A stretch of 57,008 nucleotides of DNA, filler included, from Platydemus manokwari (lineage: Eukaryota): the NCBI GenBank assembly GCA_037951405.1. It is 5 parts of 5 records of this genome, joined end to end, with 100 filler letters (N's around TTAATTAATTAA, not from the genome) between each part and the next. Parts side by side here need not be neighbours in the genome. Positions count along the whole stretch, not along the records: positions 1 to 8,813 come from JBBMOY011345649.1; positions 8,914 to 22,674 come from JBBMOY011629181.1; 3 more parts are not named here. One strand, 5' to 3'. Within the stretch, counting starts at the first letter, position 1. Each line of letters opens with the position of its first letter. This document shows positions 1-12,377 of this stretch, in pieces. The position numbers and the translations under genes were made by a program. The notes beneath the pieces were generated by a model, which was not told the origin of the DNA, did not search any database, and was given only the letters and a program-made list of their open reading frames with translations.

Positions 1-458
1 GACATTATATGCAAGCAATACTCCCAGCGACATCTTTTATCAAATCGAAATTTTAAGGTTATACACCCAATACTTTTATTCTTATTTAATTACTAATATT
101 TTATTAATTACCATTATTATCGCCCTCAATTATCATCTCGTCGTTTTTACAATACCACTTTTTTAAAATATAATTTATTATAAATATCCAAAAGTCACAG
201 TTTGAAAGGATAAAACGTTCATTTAGATATTGAAATAAAAATTATAGGATTATGGCTTCAATTAAAAGCACAATTCATTATGGTTGTTTATAATCATAAA
301 TCACAAATTGCCTGCTATAATGGATTGATTCTTGCATTATAGTTCGAAGGCTGACCTTGAACTTTTGCTACAAAATAAGAGATAAACGAGGGATAGGTGG
401 TTGATAATTCGTGACTTATTTATTTAAAAAGCTGTTGTTTTAGTAGTTGTCGATTTGG

Positions 459-500
459 TATTTATCGTATGTATTTATCGTGATGTATTTATCGTAATTG
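459..500. repeat. short tandem repeat (TATTTATCGTNATG-like, ~3 copies)
   Basis: tatttatcgtatg / tatttatcgtgatg / tatttatcgtaattg read directly. Confidence 0.7.
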
Positions 501-2379
501 ATTTTTTTGTCTTTTAGGTCTATCATCTGTATAATCATTTTACACTCTTTTACTGACGTTGTCTCACAACAGATGCCAGGAAATGGTATTCATACCCCAA
601 AATCGATCATCCCATTTTTTTTATTTTGTATTCTCCTTTAATTACTACTACTTTATTTACATATCCACGTCTATATATATATAGTTTCTTATATTTCCAA
701 TGATGTGATTTCTTGTCCATTCTTGAACAATAATTAGCCACCTAGACCCGGTATTAATATATTTATCCATCCCAAGTATTTCGAATTCCACTTAGTTTTC
801 TTCAACTCTCACTCATTCGTTGTATCTTCTCTGTTCCTCATCTATCATTTTTGTTTATACTTGACTTTTATTGGGGCTTGTATCTTCAACCTTACACATT
901 ATCTTCTTTCTCATAATTTATCATTTACCAATGAATAAATTTAACATTAATCTTTTCATACATTTACAGACAGAGATTTCGACAACTTCTCCATTAAATA
1001 TAGAATTATTTTTAATTTTCATAATTATTACTTTTAATTCACTTATACTTTGTAGGTAACACTTGAACAGATTTCTTTCCCTGGTAAATCCGAAATAATG
1101 TATTTTACGTCCAATATTTTCATATATTAGTCTCTTTACAACATATGTAAATAAATTCAGATATAATCACAGAATTATCCGCCAAATATATTTCATTGGT
1201 GGACCTGACATCGACATAACTGAACCAGTTACCTGGGTTTCGTCTTCAAACCAGTATGTGTAACTTTGATGTTCTATTTAAATTTACTTCTATTGAATTT
1301 ACAGACTGGGATATTATTGCAATTACATGGAACAAATATGTGCATCACATCACAAATCAAGATGCAATGGAAATAATTATTGAAAATTATTACAATTTTA
1401 TAACTTGAGACACACTGTAGAACAAATAATAATCCAATTAAGTCACAGCTTGAGTAATTTATTGTATTTATGATATCATAAATGTAGATACCTTTTGATT
1501 AATATTATAAAACCCTAAGCGATTCTGGCACAGCCATTTTAATTCTGTATGTTAGCCACTTTTATTTTATAAAGCATCGCATTTAATTTCAAATTCTGAC
1601 ACTTTTAACAGAATTTATGCCGATATTTAAACGGGATCACTTCTTAGCTGGTGAAGTCACCGCTTAAATCAATACCCATTTATTAATTTACGTCGAAGAA
1701 AATCGTTATAAATTATGTTTCAGCTTTTTATCATTGAATATTTTATGTATCGACCAAACAAAATACCCATTTCACTAAAACAAACATCAAACAAACAGAA
1801 TTCTGAAAGGAACGAGGGATGAGTTAATGTTAATATGTACATTGTCTTTGAGTCAATAGAATAACTATGAAGTTCACTTTCCGCAACAAAGGTATTGTTT
1901 TACTTCTCACTTGTGTATAAAATTTTGTTTGTAAACAAATATTTGATATTCTATAATGGTCAAGGTCACACGGAGTTAATTTGATCAATACCTTTTTTTC
2001 ACCACTAATTTAAAATAGATTTTGTTTACCTTCAGCTCAGTTCCACTAAAAATAACCACAGAACATCATGTTTGAATTTGGATATAGGCTGGTCATTATA
2101 AATTGTTAAAAGAGGCAACAAGCACGAAAATAAATCTAGATTAATGTAAAATAGAATAAAGTACTTACGCATGCACTTTGAAAGAAAAATACTAGTAAAA
2201 ATTAGTGGATTGCTCTAAAACATTGGGAACTCAAAAATTACATTTTAAATTAAATCCATTTTTTACAACCTACAATGAATGATACTGTGTAATGAGAGTT
2301 TTGATGTTTTGAAGAGTGGGTATTGCATCGATTTTTAATTATCTGCAAGAAAACCGTATATTAATCATTAAATGATACC

Positions 2380-2830
2380 AGGTTTAGTAAAATCTGAACG
2401 GTGTTTATCGCACTTGACGGTAAATCGAAAGAAGGATTATCAAAGCTGACAGTGATTTTAATGGCTACTTAAATTTGTTAATCATTTTGAACAAAACGCC
2501 TGTGTTTAGAGTTTAATAATTGGAGCAGATCAGTGGGCATTGAAACTTCCTGGCATTATTGGACATTCAATATAGATAAATTAAACAATTTCACAACGGC
2601 ATCTACACTAAAAATAGAAATCAATTTTTCAAAGCCATTCTAAATTTTCCGATTTACCATTTTGGGAGTCAATTTATTAAGTAATCTATGTTTAAAGTTG
2701 AGAAATAAGCATGAGTATAGTTCTCCTTATTAATATAATTGAATTATCGGAACAGAAATATGATGAGATCATCTATAAAATATGGATATCGTGAGAAAAA
2801 CTGGAATGACTGTCTCATACGAATGGAATC
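2380..2830 (+). mobile_element. degenerate LTR-retrotransposon (Ty3/Gypsy-like) integrase remnant
   Basis: Frameshifted, stop-containing translation gives VKSERCL (zinc-finger-like), FGSQF, KHEYSSPY, LSEQK and EKNWNDCLIRME, in the order of the rve core (D.G.QF...H..SSPY..NG..ER...W...L). Confidence 0.5.
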
Positions 2831-4599
2831 CATATCATATTTTCTGAACCCAGATGTAAAATACTATCTCCAGATGCTATCGAAAAACACATAAGAGAAA
2901 CATGGCAGCTTGTAAGATGGTTGCGATTAGGCTTTAAATATATTAGACAGAATAAATTTCCCAATTTTCACCAAACTGAAGAATGATTTTCAATACAAAT
3001 AAATATCAAATACCCCAGATGCAATAAAACCTGAAGTTGTGGAATTTATCGTAAAGGAATTTGAATAGCTATTAAAATTAATTCTGTAAGGAATAATGTT
3101 ATCCTGATAATATTTAGAAAAATATTTTGATCCCATTCATGAGTTAAAATTTAATAAAGTATAATAAAACCTTTCGATTGTTGTTCAAAGATGGTAAATA
3201 TCGAACAAGTCGAACATGTCCTTATTGGCAATGAACTTCCAATATCCCAGATAGTTTTGATCAAGAAGTTAAATATTATTTTCATTGAATAAAGGAGTTC
3301 GAATAATATATCTTCATTTCCAAGAAATTCGTTAATTTTATCTCGGGAAATGCGCTTTTGATTGATATAATTAAAAATAAAGCATTTGGTAAAACCCTTT
3401 TATACCATTTCGATTGGAAATATTCATCTAACTTCATATATCCAATCAATTTTTCCACGCTGCACGAAATAAGCAATCGATATATCGAATTATCTATAAT
3501 TGAGAATCAAATAACAAATAAACGGGTTGGTTTTTACAAAAATGTTTATTAGTAATGGAAAAATATTTTACAGCTACATTTTTTATCATTATTACATCGT
3601 TCTAAAATTTCTCATTCCCATTAAACATCGATCGCACATGGAAATGGAATGCTGTTGCTTTCATCATAATTCATCTCATCCTGACATTAAGAGCATTTGG
3701 TTACCTGAGATTCACAGAACGGTAAATTAAATACTTCTTAACATTGACATGAGAATGAATTAAACGAATTTTTAAATTTAACCTTGTATTCGATTAATTT
3801 TATTATGGAAAAATCACTGAAAATATTTTTTTTGAAAAAGTGAGCTTAGAGTTCACAAATTAAATGGTATTCATACCGATGGAATGAAATTATTTGGATT
3901 ACATAGTTTTAATTCAGTGTTAGATTTTTTATGCTATTTGATACATTTTGCTTTGCGGTACTAATATTTGATACAATACCATTAATGATAATTCCATTGT
4001 TTCAATTTAGAGATTTGCCAGTATCATAGGGACTAAGTAATATTTAAAAAAATGGACAATTTGATTTAACATAAAAACCAAATAAGTAAATTTGATACAA
4101 TTTGGTTAATTAGCTCAAGAGAAGCTAATTGAATTGATACATTTCCCTGCACAGTTGTATTGATTAATAAGTCGATTAATGATAAATGATTCGACTAAAT
4201 AAGCAACATTAGCAACAGATATTTTAGAATATGAAACAAAACAATGTAAAAGAGTCTCGAGGAATTATTATAAACACAACTTTTTAATTCAACACATTCA
4301 TACATGGATCTGTATTGCACACAAGATTAACCAATCAAATATTCACTACAAACAAGCACACAAGTGTAATGCAATAAACCAATCAAGTAGATCAATATAT
4401 AGCCTTAACCCATAAAACAGAAAAATAAAATGCAAAATAACCTCCACAATAAAGTTCTAGAAATTAATTTGAAAAATGACACCAATCTCATACACAATCT
4501 TAAAATGACACGAAAACAGAGTAAACTTTAATTCAAGTTTTTAACTAGTTGTGATACAGTAGTAGTGGTTGGTTGATTTGTTCTCGATAGGTTGTGTAA

Positions 4600-5900
4600 G
4601 CGTCTTTTAACTAGGGGATAATTGATTCCAAGGTCTACAATGGTTACAGTTTCTACATAGTTTGGACTTGTTGGATTTAAAAAATTAGTGGCGTAAAATA
4701 AGTGTAGGTTATGACTTATCCAGAAGGTAAAGATGCAAGTTTTACGTAGACGTTCACAATTATTGAGATACTTTTGAGAATGTGTATGTCTGTCCTATTT
4801 TTGTAAGAAAACTATTAAGAAAATAAGTACATTTCTGTCGAGTCGTGGAATATTTCACAGAGCTTTCGTTTGTTATAAATTGAGAAGAATTATTTTTGTC
4901 AGAGCTGGCAACAATTTTGAGGTGATTATTAGAATCGTGGTTGTAGAATTAGATAAAGATTTCATGCTTTTAAAGCTTGCTGAATTGGATATCTTGGTTA
5001 GTGATAAATTTGAAGGCATAGACAACGTTTTGGATGTAGTATTCTAGAAGTGAAGGTGTTAAAATGATTCCGACTAATCTGTATGATATGTACAAGAAGA
5101 TGTTGGATGATTAAAAGTGCTATGTATCCGAATTTTATCAAGTAATTAGGAGTCGTTGTTTTGAATTGTTGGATATGAAAATTTAAATAAAATCGTGACT
5201 GGAAAATTATGTTATTTATTTGATGGACGGGGATTAAAATTGTCAATGGTTTTGAAATTAAAGAAAATAAATTTCGGTCAAGGCAATGCGATTGGAATCT
5301 ACAAAAAGGACACCAAAGTTTGTGTATATGTTTGTGCTATCAATTATTTGACTCCGCGGAAGATGGTAATGGAAGGCGTAACAAATTAATTACATGAGAG
5401 CGAAACTGAGATATACGATCCCCTGAATTTAGAGCCAATATTCACAGGGGTGAGCCTATATTTATACTTACATGCCAAAGACACTTTCAGAATCGAATGT
5501 AAATGTGTAGTCGCCACGTAAGCCGCTACTATTTAATAAAGCACACATTGAAACAAAAACTGAAAAGTCACGACACCAAATTATTCGAACAAATTAATTT
5601 CTGATTAAAACGTGATTTGAAAATTTGATTATCGTACATAAAGTAACCAGAGGCAATCCAACTTAATAACCAACTGGTTATATGATTCTATGAGACTATG
5701 TGCGATATTTAATTCTTTCCATTTTTAGAAGGATATTTATTTGACATGTTTCCAGTGCTTGGGGATAACTTTGGTTGCAATTATTTTGCTGAATAGATAG
5801 TGGGAAAGGGCATGTTATTGGTCAAAGGAGATCAAATAACTGTAATTAATGCTGTCACTTCCTGCTGCGGAGTTTCATAACTTTTTGAAGTTGAACGAGT
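4600..5900 (-). mobile_element. degenerate non-LTR retrotransposon (LINE) ORF2 remnant
   Basis: Minus strand reads NFKKL*NSAAGSDSINYSYLISFDQ*HALSHYLFSKIIATKVIPKHWKH (RT N-terminus, K.PG.DGI...IP..WK), then TPSITIFRGVK* (RGV.QG motif), then TNE...KCTY...HIL..CERL..FW-like zf-RVT remnants; interrupted by another repeat at ~5460-5620. Confidence 0.65.
5460..5620 (-). repeat. copy of unclassified repeat family with TATA-containing core
   Basis: Reverse complement reads tttggtgtcgtgacttttcagtttttgtttcaatgtgtgctttattaaatagtagcggctt...gattctgaaagtgt, matching 35290-35410 and 35990-36052. Confidence 0.8.
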
Positions 5901-8813
5901 TTTTTTCAAATTATCTGCAGGCTGTACTAATATTGGAGCAAAGTTCGATAGATGATGAGGTTGGACCGGCATGATGACATGATTAGTTTTCTAGTCAACC
6001 GATGGTAGAGATAATTGGGTAAAAAAATGATAGGAGTAAGCTTATCGTTCTTTTTTGGTTGGAGTGTATAATCTGAAGTGGCGTAAAATTTGAAGATGTT
6101 TGGGTACTAAAGAGTAGAACGAAACGTTCAGTGAGTTTTACCAATGAAACGATTTGGTTCAATAATGGGGATTGCTTGACAGGAAATTCTCCAGGTAAAA
6201 TTTGGGGAATCGAGTTTGAAAAGTTTTATTGTTTCAACTATTAATTGGTGGATGAAAAGTAGTTGTGAGGTTATGTCTTTAGACGAAAATTTTCCGTTCA
6301 TGCTAGAGTTAAACACCATATAATTTTACATTAATAATTTTGTGAAAAATTCATTAATAGTCTTGGGTAAGATGTAGTCGGTGTGATGTGCGTCAGTTAT
6401 TTTTACTAAAATTAAGTCATCCAATGAAAACCTCGCAACTCATTGTGTCAGGTTTTTAGTTAAAGCATGTTAATCTTTGAATCATGATGTAGATTATTTG
6501 TAGTAGTATTATTGATAGCGGTCTTCTGCACAAAGAGAGAGATATACGAATTCATGCAAGTTGAAATATATCTATAAATTGTAGCAGTTACCGTATATTG
6601 AGTGTGAGGTTTGAGTCAGTTTGAAATCTCACTGCAATACAAATAGACGTCTAGTGTTAATTTACTTGTGTCAAATCAAATATTTGTTTTAATTTTAAGA
6701 CCTGGAATCAATACGGCGTTGTTCGAACTGATATTTCCGAAAGTGAATTAATGCTACAAAAGAAAGTGCATTTTTATATTTTAATTACAAAATATAAAAA
6801 ATATGTTTCTAATATAATAATATATAATAATATTAACTATATAAATATATTTTTTTATTATTAAATATCTGAAAGATAAAAATCACTTGGGAATAGAAAT
6901 TCTTTAATTCGCAACGATATCTGAATCCTTTTGTGAATACCTTTTTATTTTCTTTCTTTCTCAGAGCATTTGCCAACACATTAAAATTTGATCCTTATCC
7001 TATCAGTTTCACGGTTTTCTAGCTTATTGCCACTGATTTAAGCTGATTTTCCCTTATATTGTTTATCTGGTGATTATCAATTGGTTTATTTAAACACAAC
7101 CAATCCATATATAACATTTCTTTAGATAAAATCTCGAACTGGTAAGGTTGAACTGAGCTCGGATACATTGAATTGTGGTTAAATTCTATTCCATGATCAT
7201 TATATGTCGGAACTGTTTTTCTTATCACTAAATAATTACAACTACCTTTCAAATTCTTGTTTCATTTTCTAATATTTTAGGCTATTCTTTCATTTTTCAT
7301 GTTTACTGAATATTGATCTTGGAGCACTATACTTATAAATCCAATAAATTATGATAGAATTAGATATATTAGTTTTATAGCACAAATATCACATTTGGGA
7401 ACAGTATGATGAATGCTTTGGGAAGAAAATATATCTTCTAAATGTAAATTATGAGGAACTACAGCGGCTATTACCGAGCCAACTAAATAATCCAAATAAT
7501 TATAAATAAAAAGACAAAAAATTTAAAATAGATAATAAAATAAGAAATTAAAATTTTTACAAAATCAGATAATTTGGCTAATAATAACTACAAAATAAGC
7601 CGCAATTTTCAAAAATAATAATTAGCGAATAAATTAAAATTGCAAAATAAAATAAAATCTGTTATACAACAATAAAAATCAATCGACATCGAAGTTATTG
7701 AATAACATTGTATTAAAATCTAAAAATAGAAATCGCATTGTACGTAAAATCATTTCATTACGAAACATATTATAGACAATATTTTCAGGCGAATTATTTT
7801 GTAATCTTCCATTCCAGTAAATTTCATTTATTCTTCCAAAACTTTGAAGATATTATAATGAGTAAATTATTTTTATTTGTTATATTAATTAATTCAAGAC
7901 CCACTGCTAGTTTAAGCCTTGTGTTCTTTTAAAATCCGTTCAGTTACTACTGTTTGTTTTCCCAACTTTTTATTGGATGGGGCTTGACCGACCACTTAAA
8001 AGGTACGTTCTTTACTGTTATCTTGATGTTGCTGATCTTATAACAATAGAACTGTATATCAACCTTTAATATTTTAAATGTTTTTTTTATATTTTTAACA
8101 AAATATATTTTGTTGCATTGTGATATTTTATGTTTCATCATTTATTATTTTGGTAATTATACCGAAGATTTAATTGCATCAACAACCTTATCTCTAAAAT
8201 CCAGATAAGTTAAAGATTATAGCAGAATATTATCATATAAATCTAATTTAGACAAAACCCTTCTGATAAATAAATTAATCAATATATTTTTCCATATAAA
8301 CTATCGAAAATCTTTAGCAAAGTCATAAATTGTATTTTTAAAACTAACGATGTTGCATGAGTGATATTTTGTTGTTATCGAATATGAAAATCATATATAG
8401 TTGAATATTTTATTATCACAATAGTCAGCTAATAATACATCGATAATTAAGGGTATTTTATAGCATTGCAATAGATATGCCAAAAATTATCTTGGAGAAA
8501 TATTTGATATTAAATCCATCTACATTTAATAAGAGACTCGAACTATTATGGATGTTCAAAATAATTGAGCAATTTCACCAATGACTTCCATAACATAGCA
8601 TTTAATTAAGTATATAATTATCTGTGATTTTATACCAAAATTTGGTTTGAAAATTTGATTTTTCTCTCAAATATTTGGAATAAAAATTATTGCTGACTAA
8701 AATATTATTAAAGAAAAAATGAAAGCTTTACAAGTGAGTGTTGGATTATATAATGAGTTTTCATTATTAACGGTTTGGATGGTATTCTGTATATCATAGT
8801 TTTAAAAAATTTC

Positions 8814-8913
8814 NNNNNNNNNNNNNNNNNNNNNNNNNNNNNNNNNNNNNNNNNNNNTTAATTAATTAANNNNNNNNNNNNNNNNNNNNNNNNNNNNNNN
8901 NNNNNNNNNNNNN
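8814..8913. other. artificial assembly spacer (44N-TTAATTAATTAA-44N)
   Basis: Identical 100-nt construct occurs four times; the linker places stops in all six frames. Confidence 0.97.
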
Positions 8914-11826
8914 TTTATTTTTATATCTGTTGTCATTGTAAGTCCATCTTTTCTTATTAAATTTCATTCAGCTTTTATTCTTTCTTATCAATTGAGTATT
9001 CTTTTATTGAATTTTGGTCATTTTATTAACTGCATTAATTTATAAAAAAATTAAAAATAATATAAATTTTTAATTTTAATAATATTTTAAAATGACTGAA
9101 CTTAAAATTGTTTAAATTATTATTTCGAACATTTTTAAAAAATGAATTAATTATATCAATTAAATTTATTTACAATTATCTTCAATTAAAATGAGATAAT
9201 TATAAATTAAATTGAAATAATTTTTTAAATATAACTGCTCCCCCCTATATTGAGATATTTATTTACTGTCCAAAAATAATTTTATTTAAAATATACTTTA
9301 AAAATTCGAAAATATATATCTTCAAATCTTACAACCAACCATCATTTTAAGCGGTGGATGTTGACGTCCAAGATAAAGCAAATATTAAAAAAAGATATTT
9401 AAAAAGATATTGAAAATATTAAACAATTTGGGATTTTCATTTCTATTGTAGAGAGTTTGTTACCGAAATCTGATTAAAATTCATAAAAAAACAAATTTTA
9501 ATAAATTATCCAGTAGATTGTAATAAAATATTGTAATAAAATTGAATTAATAAATTCTTTTACAAAACAATTTGCACAATATGACATTTAAATGTCAATT
9601 TATGCAATGTCAATGGAGTGGTATTTTAAAAAGTGTGAAAGTTCTCCTGTCACTAAATCTTTCGATCAATTGACCGCAGAGCTATGGGCCTTCTACGACC
9701 AAGCAAAGTATAAATAGGATAGTAAAAGTCATAACAAGAGAAAAGAAAAAAAGAAATAAAATCTGATTAACAGAAATAAGTATCGCTCAAAATTTCTGAA
9801 TACAATAGGCAATTTTTAATTGAATGTGTTAATATAAATCACATCGTTACAATAACTCTTATTATATTCTTGTACACAAGAAATTTTATCCAGTACTAAG
9901 CATATGTATGTATAAACAGGTATGTATGAGAAAACAAGTTAACTACACCCCTATAAAACTCATCCCAGCATTGGTTTGTATTATTATTAAAACTTTGTTA
10001 TATATTTCCCAGTGGTTTTATACACAATGGAAATTTCTAATCAATTAAGCAATTAAACTTAAACGAAACCCATCAATCTGTTGGTTAATATTTGGTCATA
10101 ACAATTTCAATCATATATTTTGTGGATTTTACAGAACTTTACAACTATATGTAAAAGATACTTTTGAATACGATAAGATTCCGTTATTAATTTGTCATTC
10201 AAATATATGATAAATGATTTAATATATCAAATCAATTTTTACACAATATTGATTTAAAATGTAATGATAGTAAAATATGATTATGAAAAATGGAGACCAG
10301 TCAAATCAAATGAATTTAATCAATGTTTTGGGATGTAATAATATGGTCGTCTTTGTGAAGTGATGACTTCAGTTGAAAATTAAATATAAAATATTTCCAT
10401 AATATTATTGTCATAAATTAACACCGTCCGTGTTATTATAAAATTTAACAATTCATATAAAATATGTTACTTTATTGATAATAAAAATTAAAATTTAAAA
10501 TTCAATATCACTGATATCGTAAATGCTTGAATATTCTCAATCGAACAAATGGAAATAAGTAAATAAAACTTAACTACAACAAACATTTGAAATTATCGAA
10601 TAACCATGGTAACGAAATAAACAATTAAATTAGTCTTAATAATTGTAATTATTTTTCGGTTTTAAAGCTTAATATACGAACGGTTTAAATGATTTTATTA
10701 TTTAAAAATTATGTAATCGATTATGAACGAACCCACCCATATATTAATTGTATTTTTATATTTATTGATATATTATTTTGATATATAATTTATAAGACCT
10801 TTACATCAATTATAAAGTTATAATTATTTTATTTATGTTGTTTAATTTCTCCTAATTACACCACGGGATAAACCAAAATGTCATTCAATTACCGAATACG
10901 GCATTAAGTCCAATATTTTTATTACATATTTTGACATGTTTGTATCGTTATTTATATTCTTTTTGGATAATTAGAAATATTTCTTTGATTATATTATATT
11001 TCAATTTAAAATATTCTAAAACATTATGATAAAACTATAACAATATGTTTGAGTTCAAAAGGAAAAACTTTGGAAATCTAAAGCCGTAATATGGCACCAG
11101 AAACAACTATTTTAAAAAATATTTAAAATCGATATTTCACTTTTTCTTACTTTTTCAGTGCAAGATTTTTATTTTTATTTTATTATTTTAATTCAATTCA
11201 AATAAAAATGAGAATAAATAGTAGAAATATTTATTAAATAGAAGAACAGGCCTTCATATTAACAGGTATTATGAAAACAATACGAGTCTCTTGTCTTCAT
11301 AGAGTACGAGTTGATAGAATCGTAAAGAAAAGACACAACACTTCTTTGATAGGGCTTTTCAATTGGATTTAGAAGAGCAGAGTAAAGCGCAATACACAAT
11401 TTTGAGAACAGTTATAAATTGTGCCATGATGAAATTTAATTTGTGATTGTTGGAGTACAGTCTAGAGTTAAAATTAAGTTTTTGAGACCTCATTACCGAA
11501 TACTTGATTAGACATTTAATTTCTGTTAACAAATATTTTTTTTTTGCTATTGTAAAAATTTTTTAATGGAATCGAAAGTATATTAGACAAATAATAAAAC
11601 AGAAACTGTGATTTACAAACTCAATAAATATTTATTAATGAACATGAATTAGTATTTGAAATGATTCTTTCGATGAATCAATTGCACCTTAAAAAGAATC
11701 CACTGGAATTAATCACGTATATGTCCGTAATTTTATGTAATTAAAATATATCATAATGATTATTCTCGTTGTTATTTGACTTATTAACCTGGTGATTTAA
11801 TCATTCATACAAATAAATGCTATATT

Positions 11827-11880
11827 TTATATATACAACAATATATACAACAATATATACAACAAATATATACAACATAT
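11827..11880. repeat. 12-bp tandem repeat (ATATATACAACA)n, ~4 copies
   Basis: atatatacaaca repeated; produces the spurious YTTIYTTIYTT ORF. Confidence 0.8.
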
Positions 11881-12242
11881 GTATAATTATCAAATATAGT
11901 CACAATTATGATTTTTGGATGCCATTTATTTCAAAGATAAACATTATAATTTACTCAAATATTCAAATCAATTCAGCTCTCGATTTATTTATTCTTGAAA
12001 CCACTTCTCCCATGAAAATAACAGATTAAAATCCATTGGAATTAAATTGCGCACGTTTTAATTGTTTATTAATGTTTGACATGATTTATAATGTCAGTTA
12101 AATTAATGACTAATCATTTATTAAATATACCTAACAGTAAATAATGAAAAACAACAATTATTTGAAATAATTGAAAAATAAATCATTAAAATAATCTTTA
12201 AAAATTATTATTATATCATTGATTTTCGATTATTATTTGAAG

Positions 12243-12377
12243 GATTATATTACAATGCTAAAGATGAAAAATGTTTACCAAACAATTGCGTCAAATCCAG
12301 TATTCAATGTTTCAACAATGGATATTGTGTCAATAAAGGTTTTACATTCGAATGCAAATGCTTGGAGAGCTATATTG
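12243..12377 (+). CDS. EGF receptor-like gene, exon A (EGF module)
   Basis: gaag|GA TTA ... ATT G|gtgag; (G)LYYNAKDEKCLPNNCVKSSIQCFNNGYCVNKGFTFECKCLESYI(G). Confidence 0.85.

Noticed and set aside
8858-8869. TTAATTAATTAA palindrome recurring four times within N runs
   Set aside because: Identical 44N-12-44N construct each time; an artificial contig linker, not biology
9590-9720. MSIYAM...DQLTAELWAFYDQAK as a Crypton-like fragment or an upstream exon of the EGF gene
   Set aside because: Too short, with no suitable phase-1 donor and a single weak motif
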